A program made the position numbers and the translations under genes. A stretch of DNA of 64,000 nucleotides, taken from NCBI GenBank assembly GCA_965261005.1, contig OZ253375.1:2432001-2496000 (forward strand). The letters run 5' to 3'. The DNA comes from Deinococcus sp. Its GTDB lineage: Bacteria; Deinococcota; Deinococci; Deinococcales; Deinococcaceae. The notes under the pieces are model-generated. The model did no database searches, was not told the DNA's origin, and saw only the letters and a program-made list of their open reading frames with translations. Positions within the stretch are counted from its first letter, which is position 1. Each line of letters starts with the position of its first letter. Positions 42,622 to 53,810 of the stretch are shown piece after piece.

Positions 42622-43998
42622 ATGTTGAGCCACACGTTCCTTCGGCGCGCGTCCCCGGCCCTGCTGCTCACGCTCGCGCTGGTAGCCTGCGGACAGAAAG
42701 CTTTCTCACCCACGGACGCGCAGAACCTCTCGCCGACCACCTCCCTGAGCACTGACCTGAGTACTGGCCTGAGTACTGGCCTGAGTATTGGAACCGGGGC
42801 CACCGAGATCGTGCAGCAGGCCGAGGCGGCCAGCACCATCACGGCGCCGATGAAGGTGTACGAGAAGTCGTCGGCTTCGGGAGGCAGGTACGTTTCCACC
42901 GGTACGGCCAACGCGGGTAGTGTCTCGTTTCTTCTTCAGATTCCGGCGACCGGAGAATATGTGCTCTCGGCACGGGTCAAATCTCCCTCGAAAAGCAAAA
43001 ACTCCTTTCTGGTCAAACTGGACGCAGGTCAGGCGACAACCTGGCATCTGCCAATTCTCAGCGCGTTCGGCTGGACAGACTTTCCGGCCACGCTCAACCT
43101 GACGGCGGGAAGTCACCAACTGACCGTTCAGGGCCGCGAGGCCCACACCGAACTCGACGTGATCAAGCTGGTGCCCAGCCCAGTGGCGGGAACTGCGCCA
43201 ATTGCCCCTCCGGCGCCCGTTCTGAGTCCGGCCCCGCCGCCGGTTGGAGTCTTGGACCCCGCCAACGCTCCGGCCCAAAACTTCGACCTCTCGCTTTGGA
43301 AGCTCACCCTCCCGGTGGACGCCAACGGCGGCTTGAGCGGTGTGGCCGCCGAGGTCAAGTCCATCGCTTCCAGCTATCACAAGGCTCCCTTTTTCCAGAC
43401 CGGCAGCGACGGGGCAATGGTCATGATGGCGCCGGTGACGGGGGCAACCACCAGCGGATCGCACTACCCCAGGTCCGAGCTGCGGGAGTTGACGAGCGCA
43501 GGCACCAACGCCGCTTGGACGGCCTCGCAGGGCGGAAGGCTACGGGCGACGCTCTCGGTAAACGAGCTTCCTGTCAGGAATGACGGGGGAAAGGGGAGCG
43601 TGGTCATCGGTCAAATTCACGGGCCTGACGACGAACTGTGCCGGTTGTATTACGACCAGGGCAAGCTGTACTTCCACGACGACAAATCGGGTCCGGACGA
43701 GATCGAGCGCCAGTACATCCTGAAATCGGCCAGCGGCGTGGAACCCGGCATCCCTCTGAACGCGCGCTTCGATTACGAGATTCGGGTGGCCGATTCGGCG
43801 TTGACGGTGACGGCGACCTTTGGCGGGGTAGTTTACCGGGCCAGCGAGCCGATCAGCCGCTTCTGGTCGGACAAGCCCTTGTATTTCAAGGTGGGCGCCT
43901 ACGTCCAGGTTGGGAAGCCTGGCTCCGACGCGGGCACGACGGGTTCGGGCCGGGGTCAAGTCTCATTTTACCGGCTGCCGCCTCCCAGTCACCCCTGA
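42622..43998 (+). CDS. Lipoprotein polysaccharide lyase family 7 (alginate lyase-like) with N-terminal carbohydrate-binding-like module
   Basis: Lipobox LVAC; WKLTLP, YPRSELRE, QIH, YFKVGAYVQ; Pro-rich linker. Confidence 0.85.
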   Translation: MLSHTFLRRASPALLLTLALVACGQKAFSPTDAQNLSPTTSLSTDLSTGLSTGLSIGTGATEIVQQAEAASTITAPMKVYEKSSASGGRYVSTGTANAGSVSFLLQIPATGEYVLSARVKSPSKSKNSFLVKLDAGQATTWHLPILSAFGWTDFPATLNLTAGSHQLTVQGREAHTELDVIKLVPSPVAGTAPIAPPAPVLSPAPPPVGVLDPANAPAQNFDLSLWKLTLPVDANGGLSGVAAEVKSIASSYHKAPFFQTGSDGAMVMMAPVTGATTSGSHYPRSELRELTSAGTNAAWTASQGGRLRATLSVNELPVRNDGGKGSVVIGQIHGPDDELCRLYYDQGKLYFHDDKSGPDEIERQYILKSASGVEPGIPLNARFDYEIRVADSALTVTATFGGVVYRASEPISRFWSDKPLYFKVGAYVQVGKPGSDAGTTGSGRGQVSFYRLPPPSHP

Positions 43999-44553
43999 GT
44001 TCAGTCATGCCAAGGTCCGGCACGAGCTTTTCCCCGAAGAAAAATAGCTGTAACTGCTCAGCCGGGGGCTTGGGTGGCGAACGAGGTAGAATGGGGCGTT
44101 AAAGAAGAAGGCTGCTCCAACTGTGTGAAGCTCGAAGCCCAGCTGGTTGAGGTGCTGGCCGAGGTGCGCGACCTCAAAGCCCGCCTGAACCTGGACAGCC
44201 AAACCTCGCATCAGCCACCCAGCCAGGACAAACCGTGGAAACCGAAAAGCGAACGCGAGAAAAGCGGTCGGTCTTCCGGCGGGCATCCGGATGAGGTGGT
44301 CAAGCTGCCGCTGTCAGGGGCGTGTGGCTGCGGACAGGTCTGGAGCGCGGTGGCGGTGGACGATCTGTTGGCAAGGCAAGTGCATGATCTGCCCGAGATC
44401 CGTTTGCAGGTGACGGAGTATCAGGTGAAGGTCAACGTCTATCCCTGCTGCGGTATGCGCGCTCAGGCGGCGTTTCCTGAACACGTGTTAGGTCAAGCGC
44501 AATACGGTCCGCGCTTGCTGGGCTTGGCGGTGTACCTGAACAGTGTCCACTTC

Positions 44554-45718
44554 CTCAGTACCCGACAGGTAGGGTCGGTGGCATCTGAAGGGCCGGGAAG
44601 AGGAGGGCCAGACAAGACCTGGCGCGCTCAAGGTTCCACTTGAGGGCGTCCACAAGCAGATCGAGGCCGGTCAGGAAGGTGCTCTTGGCTTTGCGCCCGT
44701 GCGTTTTGAGCCGTACGGGCGCCTCCTGTTCCCGCACCAGACCGACCAGCAGCGCCCAGACGAAGGCGACCGTGAGCAAGCTGACCAGCGTTTCGATGCG
44801 GGCAGGGTCGGTCATGTGGGTCGCCTCCAGATTGAGGCCGCGCAGCTTGTAGGCGCCGAAGGTGCATTCGATGGACCAGCGCGAACGGTAACGCTCGCAG
44901 GTGTCGAAGAGCGAGAGGTCCGAGGCGATCACCACCCGCTCGCCCTCGCTAGACAGCGTGGCAACCACCTGCATCTCAGCGCCGTAGACCACCTCTTTGT
45001 CGAGCAGGCCGCGCACCTCGCCGGGCGTCAGGTGTGCAAAGGCGTCTCGAACCGCGATGTCATCGAGCAGGGTGTCCTCACGAATGCGGATGCAGCGCTT
45101 GAGCCGTCGTTGTTCCAGGGCCGCGAACCAGTCTTTGCCCACGAACTCACGGTCGGCCAGCAGCACCGCAATGCGCTGTGCGGGAATGACGCTCAGCAGC
45201 CGGTCGAGCAGCGCGATGCGCGCGGCAGTCGAACTGGCGCCGCCGTGGTCCAGCACGTCCCACACCAAGGGGAGAGCGTAGCCAGCAAACACCGCCCCAA
45301 TCACCAAGATGTTGTGATCATATTGCCCATAGCGCCAGTTGGTGCGGTCCATCGCGAGCGTCAACTTGCCGCTCCCCAACAGCGGCAGGATCAGTTGGGC
45401 GGCCTCGTGCTGAGTGAAGGTCTCTGCGGCGAAGAAGCGGGCGACGCGACGTTCTTTGCTTTCGGGTCGGGCGTCACCCGGCAAGTGCTGAGCGAGTTTG
45501 CGGTGAGTGACGTGCTGGGCGTGGACGGTAGCGAGCAACATATCGGCGAGACGAGCGCGCTGGTCAGAGCGGCGTCCGGGCAGGTGTTGCGCGACGAGCG
45601 CGCGCAGGGTAGCGTCAGCAGTGCCGGGGAGCTGGGTCTTCATCAACCACAGTTTGTCCCGGCACTGCTGTCTCTTCCTCGCCTACACGACCTTTAGACC
45701 TTCCTGTCGGGTACTGAG
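44554..45718 (-). mobile_element. IS4-family insertion sequence, 1165 bp, copy 2
   Basis: Same IRs as copy 1; 9-bp TSD GTCCACTTC (44545-44553 / 45719-45727). Confidence 0.92.
44555..45643 (-). CDS. IS4-family DDE transposase
   Basis: Protein identical to 11289-12377 apart from 3 N-terminal residues. Confidence 0.9.
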   Translation of the reverse strand: MKTQLPGTADATLRALVAQHLPGRRSDQRARLADMLLATVHAQHVTHRKLAQHLPGDARPESKERRVARFFAAETFTQHEAAQLILPLLGSGKLTLAMDRTNWRYGQYDHNILVIGAVFAGYALPLVWDVLDHGGASSTAARIALLDRLLSVIPAQRIAVLLADREFVGKDWFAALEQRRLKRCIRIREDTLLDDIAVRDAFAHLTPGEVRGLLDKEVVYGAEMQVVATLSSEGERVVIASDLSLFDTCERYRSRWSIECTFGAYKLRGLNLEATHMTDPARIETLVSLLTVAFVWALLVGLVREQEAPVRLKTHGRKAKSTFLTGLDLLVDALKWNLERARSCLALLFPALQMPPTLPVGY

Positions 45719-46196
45719 GTCCACTTCATTGCGCAACCTCGCGTTGCGCGCTCAGCGATACAAGAGCGCGATCTTGCGCTTTCTGCATGATCCATGTGTG
45801 CCGTTTGATAATCACCAAGCCGAGCGCGACCTTCGCATGATGTGTGTCAAGCGCAAGGTCTCCGTGGGCTTTCGTTCTGCTGAGGGTGCCACAGCCTTCT
45901 GCCGCATTCGCAGCTACATCTCTACGCTCCGCAAGCAGGGCTTGAATGTCTGGCACGGTCTCGTCAGTTCTTCCACAAGGACATCTTGATGCCCACCTTC
46001 CTCCTTCAAGAACGGCTGGAGAGGCGTGACCCACGCCCTGTCGCTTGGGCAGCCGGTCTTCCAGACCTTGTGCCTGGTCGGTGGACCTGATTCTGAGCCG
46101 GCCCGTCCACCGACGTCAAAGCGACGAAAGCCGCCCCTTCACCACCTGCTCCACACCCGCTGGACTGCCGACCACCACGCCCCCTCATAAATTCTG

Positions 46197-46388
46197 TCAG
46201 GCCGTCAGTGATGGCCGGACTGGTCCGTTCGCAAAAGAGCGTGTTTTGAATTTCGTGCAGGTCGGCACGTTCTCGACGCTGTCACCCGCCGCCAGGAACT
46301 CCACGGCGGTCTGCGCGGTGATGCGGGCGGCGCGCACAGTGGGGCGCCCGTTGCAGATATTCGGGTCAATCACGACGCGCTCGTTCAT
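46197..46388 (-). pseudogene. DUF433-family antitoxin, C-terminally truncated
   Basis: MNERVVIDPNICNGRPTVRAARIT..LAAGDS. Confidence 0.65.
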
Positions 46389-46445
46389 GCCCTTAGGTAC
46401 AGGATGCTTCGGCTTTTTCCGTGCCCTGGCCTTTCTTGCGGATCG

Positions 46446-47114
46446 TCAGCCGCTCAGGCCGTAGGGGCGGTTCAGGCGGCGCTCTAGGAGGGCCACCAGC
46501 CGCGCCGCGACGTTGGAGAGCGCGAAGTAGATCAGGCCCACCGCGACGTACATCGGCACCGGCTGATAGTTGATGGACACCAGACCGCGCGCCGTGAGCA
46601 GCAGTTCGGTCACGGTGATGACGCTGGCGAGGCTGGAGTCCTTCAGGAGGCCGATGAACTGGTTGCCGAGGGCGGGCAGCGCGGCGCGCGCCGCCTGCGG
46701 CACCAGCACCAGCGCCAGCACCTGCGCGGGTCTCAGGCCCAGCGCCCGCGCCGCCTCCACCTGGCCGCGCGGCACGACGTTCAGGCTGCCGCGAATGATC
46801 TCGGCGGCGTAGGCGCCCGCGAACAGGCTCAGGCCCAGCACCGCCGTTTGGTAGGCCGGCAGCGTGACCTTGGTGAGCTGTGGCAGCGCGAAGAACAAAA
46901 AGAAGAGTTGCACCAGGAGGGGCGTGCCGCGAAAGGTCTCGATGTAGACGCCCGCGATCAGGCGCGGCGGCCAAAAGTGCGACAGCCGCCCCAAAGCCGC
47001 GACAAAGCCGAGCGCCAGGCCGAACACGCTCGCCAGCGCCGTCAGCGACAACGTGAGCTGCGTGCCGCGCCACAGCGCGCGCAGCACGTCTGGGGTGAAC
47101 ACGTCCCCGAGCAA
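46446..47114 (-). CDS. Polar amino-acid ABC transporter permease
   Basis: FRGTPLLVQL, AYAAEIIRG, GQVEAARALG, LKDSSL. Confidence 0.92.
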   Translation of the reverse strand: MLGDVFTPDVLRALWRGTQLTLSLTALASVFGLALGFVAALGRLSHFWPPRLIAGVYIETFRGTPLLVQLFFLFFALPQLTKVTLPAYQTAVLGLSLFAGAYAAEIIRGSLNVVPRGQVEAARALGLRPAQVLALVLVPQAARAALPALGNQFIGLLKDSSLASVITVTELLLTARGLVSINYQPVPMYVAVGLIYFALSNVAARLVALLERRLNRPYGLSG

Positions 47115-47123
47115 GAAAACGGC

Positions 47124-47909
47124 TCAGCGCCTCGCCGGGGCGGTCACGTCGGCGCCGAGCCACTTCCGGCTGATGCGCCTGAGGGTGCCGTCGGCGCGCA
47201 TGTCGTTCACGGCCTGTTCGACGGCGGCGCGCAGTTTCGGCTGGTTTTTGCCGAGGGAGATGTAGGGATTGTCCTGTTGCAGCACCGGCCCCGCCGCCTT
47301 AACGGGCTGCCCATTCTTGGCGGCGACGCTGCCGACCGTGCGGGTCGTGAGCATGCCCGCCGCGCGCCCGGCTTTCAGGGCCAGGAAAATCTCCTGCTCG
47401 CCGCTGTAGGTCGCGACGTCCGGGTACTTCTGGTCGCGCAGGTACTTCTCGAACACCGTGCCGAGGGCGACCGCCACGGGCTTGCCCTGCAAGCTGTTCA
47501 GGTTGGTCGCGGCCGAGTCCCCGAGCACGAACAGCTGGAAGCCGTCGTAGTAGTACGGCCGACTCAGGAAGTCCACGGCTTTTTGGCGCTCGGGCGTCTT
47601 GCTCTGCGAGGCCACCGCCAGGTCGAATTGCCCGGACTGCTCGCCCGCGATAATCGCCGAAAACTCTGCCTTGATCAGGCGGGTCTTGACGCCGAGCCGC
47701 TTGCCGATCTCGTTGGCCACGTCCGCGTCGAAGCCGCTCAGGCCGCCTTCCGGCGAGGGCTGCGAAAAGGGCGGGTATTCGCCAGACATGGCGACGCGCA
47801 ATTCGCCGCGCTTTTGCACGTCCGCGAGTTCCGCGCGGGCCACGGGGGCGGCGCCGATAGTGAGGGCTGCGACCATCAACGAGAGGCGGGCAAGGCGTGA
47901 AGTGGGCAT
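47124..47909 (-). CDS. Polar amino-acid ABC transporter substrate-binding protein
   Basis: Signal peptide; GELRVAM..YPPFS..GFDADVA..TPERQK..DGTL..ISRKWLG. Confidence 0.9.
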   Translation of the reverse strand: MPTSRLARLSLMVAALTIGAAPVARAELADVQKRGELRVAMSGEYPPFSQPSPEGGLSGFDADVANEIGKRLGVKTRLIKAEFSAIIAGEQSGQFDLAVASQSKTPERQKAVDFLSRPYYYDGFQLFVLGDSAATNLNSLQGKPVAVALGTVFEKYLRDQKYPDVATYSGEQEIFLALKAGRAAGMLTTRTVGSVAAKNGQPVKAAGPVLQQDNPYISLGKNQPKLRAAVEQAVNDMRADGTLRRISRKWLGADVTAPARR

Positions 47910-47934
47910 AAGAGACCTCCGGGTTGCGGGAAGA

Positions 47935-48059
47935 TAAAGTCGGCGCGCGGCGGTCGCGCCGTATGGGCAGCCTGACCCTAGCGCGGGGCCGTCCGGGCCG
48001 CGCAGAGCCGACGCTCAGCAAGCGTTGATGGCCCGGCCAGAGATGAAGAGCGGCTGCCC
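47935..48059 (-). ncRNA. Candidate structured 5' leader (riboswitch-like)
   Basis: Manual fold: GGGCAGCC/GGCTGCCC closing stem, two inner hairpins, then CGGCGCG/CGCGCCG hairpin plus ACTTTATCTT. Confidence 0.35.
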
Positions 48060-48092
48060 GACGCGGCCGAGCGCAGCGTGTAGCGTGAGGCG

Positions 48093-49160
48093 ATGATCTA
48101 CCTGCTCACCACCCCCCAGCATTTGTGCTTGGAGGAATTCCTGGCGGAGCGTGGCGCCGCCTTCGCGTCCAGGCTGGTGCCGCTCACCTACGGAGCGCTG
48201 TTTTCGGCGCGCGAGCTGCCGGCGGGCACCTACATCTTTTCGGACTTCGAGCGGCTCTCGAAGGTGGAGCTGGAGCGGGCGGCGCAGGTGTGGGACCAGC
48301 TCGCGGCGCGCGGAAGCGCGGTCCGGCTGCTCAACCCGCCCACGCGCGTCAAGCGGCGCTTCGAGCTGCTGCGCACCCTGTCTGAGCGCAACCTCAACGA
48401 CTTCGACGTGTACCGCCTCGACGAGGCGCGCGTGCCGCGGCGCTTTCCGGTGTTCGCGCGCGGCGAGTCGGGGCACGACGCGGTGGTCTCGGCGCTGCTG
48501 CCAGACGCACTCACGCTGGAGCGCTGGCAGGAGGAGCGGCGCGCGCGCGGCCTGAGTTCCGAAGGCACCTTGCTGATCGAGTTCAGCGGCGGGCCGGACG
48601 AGCGCGGTCTGTACCGCCGCTACGCCGCTTGGAAGGTGGGCGAGCGCATTCTCCCCGCCGATATCTTTTACAAAGGCACTTGGGAAGTGCGCGGGCACGA
48701 CCTGGTCGTGGACGAGCACACCATCGCCGAGGAAGAGCGCTTTTTGAACGACAACCCCCACGAGGCGCAGCTGCGCGAGGTGTTTGCCCTCGCGGGCGTC
48801 GAGTACGGGCGCGTTGACTACGGCGTGGTGGACGGGCGGGTGCAGGTCTTCGAGATCAACACCAATCCCTACATCGCCCCCAGTCCGCTGGGCGGCGCGC
48901 GGCGCGCGCACCTGTATGAGCACTTCTCGCGCGCCTTTCTCTCGGCGCTCGCGGCGCTGGACGGCCCTGTGGACGGGGCGGCGCGCCTTAAGGTGCGGCC
49001 TCCCGCCCGGCCGGCGTGGCCGATTGCCCTGCGGCTGTGGACGCGCGAGGCGATGTACGGGGCGCTGTGGCGCGTGGGTCGGGAAGACACCTATGTCCGG
49101 CGCCTGCGGCTGTCCCTGCGCTTGCTGGGCCGCGTCCGGCAGCTGCGCAAACGCGGCTGA
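48093..49160 (+). CDS. Hypothetical ATP-grasp-like protein
   Basis: RFPVFARGE..H, LLIEF, YGRVDYGVVDGRVQVFEINTNP. Confidence 0.6.
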   Translation: MIYLLTTPQHLCLEEFLAERGAAFASRLVPLTYGALFSARELPAGTYIFSDFERLSKVELERAAQVWDQLAARGSAVRLLNPPTRVKRRFELLRTLSERNLNDFDVYRLDEARVPRRFPVFARGESGHDAVVSALLPDALTLERWQEERRARGLSSEGTLLIEFSGGPDERGLYRRYAAWKVGERILPADIFYKGTWEVRGHDLVVDEHTIAEEERFLNDNPHEAQLREVFALAGVEYGRVDYGVVDGRVQVFEINTNPYIAPSPLGGARRAHLYEHFSRAFLSALAALDGPVDGAARLKVRPPARPAWPIALRLWTREAMYGALWRVGREDTYVRRLRLSLRLLGRVRQLRKRG

Positions 49161-49213
49161 AGCTGGCGCGGCTGAACGTCCATGCCCTCAGGGACAGGAA
49201 GTACCATCTCTCC

Positions 49214-49897
49214 ATGACTCGCCCCCTCCTTCTCGGCCACCGTGGCAGCCCCCTGGAACACCGTGAAAACACCCTGGCGAGCTTTCAGGCGGCGCTGATT
49301 GCCGGCCTGGACGGCGTGGAGCTGGACGTGCGGCGCGCATCGGACGGCACGCTGGTGGTCCACCACGACGAGCAGCTGTTCGACGGGCGCCACATTTCTC
49401 GGCTGACCTTTCCCGAGCTGCGCCCCCACCCGGTTCCCACATTGGCGGGGGTGCTGGCCTGGGCGGCAGACGCGGGGGCGTTTGTCAACGTCGAACTCAA
49501 GTACGAGTCGCTGCGCCCCGACGACCGGGTGGCGGGCGCGGCGGACCTGCTGCGCTTTCACGGCCTGCTGCGCAGAAGCGTGGTGTCCAGCTTCAACCCG
49601 TTGTTCCTGGCCCCGCTGCCGAAGGGGGTAGAACGCGGCCTGCTGTTCGACCGGGCAACGCCCTTGATGCTGCGAATCGCGCGGCGGCTGAACGTGGCGG
49701 CCATCCACCCGCACTTCAGCCTGGTCACACCCGAATTGATAGGGGCGGCAAAGAAACAGGGCTGGAACGTCAACGTCTGGAACGTGAACGAGGAGGCGTT
49801 GGCGCGCGAGCTGCTTTCACAGGGTGCGAACGGCCTGATCGGCAACCTGCCAAGGGTCCTGCTGGCGGCGGCTGACCGAAACCTGACGCCGGCTTGA
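49214..49897 (+). CDS. Glycerophosphodiester phosphodiesterase
   Basis: GHRG, ENTLASF, VELDV, VVHHD, NVELK. Confidence 0.92.
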   Translation: MTRPLLLGHRGSPLEHRENTLASFQAALIAGLDGVELDVRRASDGTLVVHHDEQLFDGRHISRLTFPELRPHPVPTLAGVLAWAADAGAFVNVELKYESLRPDDRVAGAADLLRFHGLLRRSVVSSFNPLFLAPLPKGVERGLLFDRATPLMLRIARRLNVAAIHPHFSLVTPELIGAAKKQGWNVNVWNVNEEALARELLSQGANGLIGNLPRVLLAAADRNLTPA

Positions 49898-49958
49898 CCG
49901 CCGCGTGACGCGCCGCTCCTAGGCTTCCCCCGAAAGACAACCTTTCTGGGAGGAAGAG

Positions 49959-51254
<1,296 letters not shown>

Positions 51255-51255
51255 A

Positions 51256-51390
51256 CCCTTCACCCCCGGCCCCTCTCCCGCAAGGGGAGAGGGGTGAACT
51301 GATTGAGAAGCGTGCTGAAAGGAGGACCATGCAACGTTCTTGGCTTGGCCGTTCTCCCTCCCCCCCCACGGGGGAGGGCCGGGGAGGGGG
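51256..51390. repeat. REP/CIR-like palindromic repeat, two arms in inverted arrangement
   Basis: CCCTTCACCCCCGGCCCCTCTCCCGCAAGGGGAGAGGGG and CTCCCTCCCCCCCCACGGGGGAGGGCCGGGGAGGGGG. Confidence 0.7.
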
Positions 51391-51399
51391 GTAGCGCCC

Positions 51400-52362
51400 A
51401 TGCAGACCTCCACCCCCCTACGCCCCAAACCCGCCCGCGCCCCGCGCGCCGCGTCCCAAACTTCCGAAGGGCGCGCCGTCTTCCGGGGCCGGGCGCTGCC
51501 GTGGCTCTTTCTGCTGCCCACGCTGCTGATTCTGGCGGTCTTTTTGTACTACCCGGCCGCCCGGACGCTGCGCCTGAGCGTGTTCCGCAGCAACATCGTC
51601 CTCGGCAACGAGCAGTTCGTGGGCCTGGAAAACCTGGCCGAGCTGCTGTCGAGCCAGGTCTACCACCAAGTCCTCTTGCAGACGCTGGTCTTTTGCACGC
51701 TGGTGGTCGTGCTGGGGCTGGGCCTCTCGCTCGGCCTGGCGTGGCTCGCCAGCCGGCCCATCGCGGGCGGGCGCGTGTACCGCCTGCTGCTGATCTACCC
51801 CTACGCGCTGTCGCCGGCCATCGCGGGCACGCTGTGGCTGTTTCTGTTCAACCCGGAGATCGGCCTGGTGAACCAGTTCTTGGGCAGCGCCTTTGGGGCG
51901 AGGCCGCGCTGGCTCGACGATCCCCTGCTCGCCTTTGCGCTCGTGACGGTCGCGGCCATCTGGAAGGGGCTGGGCTACAACGTCGTGTTCTACCTGGCCG
52001 CCCTGCAAGGCGTGCCCAAAGAACTCACCGAGGCCGCCCAGCTCGACGGCGCCAGCGGCAGCCAAGCCTTTTGGCGGGTGGTTTTCCCGCTCTTATCTCC
52101 CATGACCTTCTTTCTGGTGTTCACCGGCATTGTGTCGGCGCTGTTCGACTCGTTCGGCCTCGTGGACATCCTGACGCGGGGCGGGCCGTACTTCGGGCGG
52201 GCTGGCGTCACGACCTTTCTGATCTACCAACTCTACGAGGACGGCTTTCGCAACTTCAAGACCGGCGTGGCCGCCGCCGAGGCGGTGCTGATGCTGGTGT
52301 TGGTCGGCGCGCTGGTGCTGCTCCAGTTCCGGCTGGGCGGGCGGCGGGTCCACTATGGCTAA
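51400..52362 (+). CDS. ABC permease, UgpA-like
   Basis: FVGLEN, WKGLGYN, EAAQLDGA, FPLLSP. Confidence 0.88.
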   Translation: MQTSTPLRPKPARAPRAASQTSEGRAVFRGRALPWLFLLPTLLILAVFLYYPAARTLRLSVFRSNIVLGNEQFVGLENLAELLSSQVYHQVLLQTLVFCTLVVVLGLGLSLGLAWLASRPIAGGRVYRLLLIYPYALSPAIAGTLWLFLFNPEIGLVNQFLGSAFGARPRWLDDPLLAFALVTVAAIWKGLGYNVVFYLAALQGVPKELTEAAQLDGASGSQAFWRVVFPLLSPMTFFLVFTGIVSALFDSFGLVDILTRGGPYFGRAGVTTFLIYQLYEDGFRNFKTGVAAAEAVLMLVLVGALVLLQFRLGGRRVHYG

Positions 52363-53173
52363 AAGGTGGTCGCTCTTTTTCACCCACGCCGCGCTGATCC
52401 TCGCCGCCCTGCTGATCGCCAGCCCGCTGCTGTTCGCGCTCTTAAAGGCGACCCAAGTCAGCTCGGACGTGCTCTCGCCGCGCCTTTTGCCGGGCGGCAA
52501 CTTCGGCGCCAACCTGGCTTCTATCTGGACCGGCGCACACTTGGGGCGCTACATGTTCAACTCGGGCGTCGTGGCGGTGAGCGTGACCGTGGGCAAGACG
52601 GTCCTGAGCGTTCTCGCGGCCCTCGCCTTCGTCTACTTCCGCTTTCCCCTCAAGGGCCTCGCCTTTGCGCTGGTGCTGTTCACGCTGATGCTGCCGACCG
52701 AGCTGCTGATCATCGCCCTGTTCGATTTGGTGTCCAGCGACCTGAAGTGGGCCGATTCGTACCTCGCCATCATCGTGCCGTTTTTGGCGAGCGCGACCGG
52801 CACCTTTCTGTTCCGGCAGCACTTCATGAGTATTCCCGACTCCCTCGCCGACGCCGCGCGCATCGACGGCTGCGGGCCGCTGCGCTTTCTGACCTACGTC
52901 CTGATTCCCATGAGCTGGAACACCATCGGCGCGCTGGCGGTCATTCAGTTCGTGTACGCCTGGGACCAGTACCTCTGGCCGCTCGTCATCATGCAGAGTG
53001 ACGACAAGCAGGTGGTGCAGGTCGGCCTGAGAAAATTGATCGAGGTGGGCGGCCAGACTGATTGGGGCGCCGTGATGGCCGGGGCCATCGTGACCATTCT
53101 GCCGCCCTTGGTGGTCTTCACGCTGCTGCAAGAGCAGTTCAGCAAGGGCTTCGCGCTGGGGCAGGAGAAGTAG
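52355..53173 (+). CDS. ABC permease, UgpE-like
   Basis: TFLFRQHF, DAARIDG, WDQYLWPL. Confidence 0.88.
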   Translation: MAKRWSLFFTHAALILAALLIASPLLFALLKATQVSSDVLSPRLLPGGNFGANLASIWTGAHLGRYMFNSGVVAVSVTVGKTVLSVLAALAFVYFRFPLKGLAFALVLFTLMLPTELLIIALFDLVSSDLKWADSYLAIIVPFLASATGTFLFRQHFMSIPDSLADAARIDGCGPLRFLTYVLIPMSWNTIGALAVIQFVYAWDQYLWPLVIMQSDDKQVVQVGLRKLIEVGGQTDWGAVMAGAIVTILPPLVVFTLLQEQFSKGFALGQEK

Positions 53174-53182
53174 GGGAGAAGG

Positions 53183-53530
53183 TCAGCTCAAGTCCAGCGC
53201 TGCCCTCACGCCCCGTTCCACGCGCCCTAGATCGGTTGCGGCGAGCAGGCCCAACTGTTGGGTGAACTTGGCCCGGTCGAGCGTTGTGAGTTGATGACAT
53301 AGGGCCACGCTGTCCTGCTCTAAGTTGCCTGCCCCACGCGCCAGGAGCACGGCCGTCGGGCCGCGCGCCGCTTGACGCTCGCTGCTGGAAACGGGCACCA
53401 CGATGATGCTGCGCCAACCCTCGACGGTGTTAAAGGCGTCGTGGCTCAGGATGACAACCGGACGGCGGCCCCGCTGTTCGCTGCCGCTGCGCGGCTGAAG
53501 TTCCGCCCACCAAACTTCACCGCGTCGCAA
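53183..53530 (-). CDS. MazF/PemK-family endoribonuclease toxin
   Basis: RRGEVWWAEL.P..GSEQRGRRPVVILS..CHQLTTLD. Confidence 0.9.
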   Translation of the reverse strand: MRRGEVWWAELQPRSGSEQRGRRPVVILSHDAFNTVEGWRSIIVVPVSSSERQAARGPTAVLLARGAGNLEQDSVALCHQLTTLDRAKFTQQLGLLAATDLGRVERGVRAALDLS

Positions 53531-53762
53531 GCAAGTGCTCCGTGGCCGCGCCCTCCAATTCGGGGTCGAGATCGTTCTCGCTTCCGGCAATAGCACGCGC
53601 ATAAACCGAGATTTCCTCGCTCAAAGCTCGACGGCGGCGCTCCCCAAGGGCCTGCTCAATGGCCGTCCGCGCGATGCCGGTGGCCGACTCACCGCTTCGG
53701 CGTGCCTCAGCCAGAAGCCGACCGTGCAGTTCATCTGCCAGCGGAATGTGGATGTGTTTCAT
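53517..53762 (-). CDS. Ribbon-helix-helix antitoxin paired with MazF
   Basis: MKHIHIPLADELHGRL..ARRSGES..IAR.AI; overlaps toxin; leaderless TATACT. Confidence 0.8.
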   Translation of the reverse strand: MKHIHIPLADELHGRLLAEARRSGESATGIARTAIEQALGERRRRALSEEISVYARAIAGSENDLDPELEGAATEHLLATR

Positions 53763-53810
53763 GACATAAGTATAGTTCGGGACAAGCGAGATCACCCTTA
53801 GACTGTCCTG

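Larger units (their letters stand above)
44050..45989 (+). mobile_element. IS66-family remnant (internally deleted transposase), interrupted by IS4
   Basis: Left end [36 protein letters not shown]; after IS4: [29 protein letters not shown]. Confidence 0.8.
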
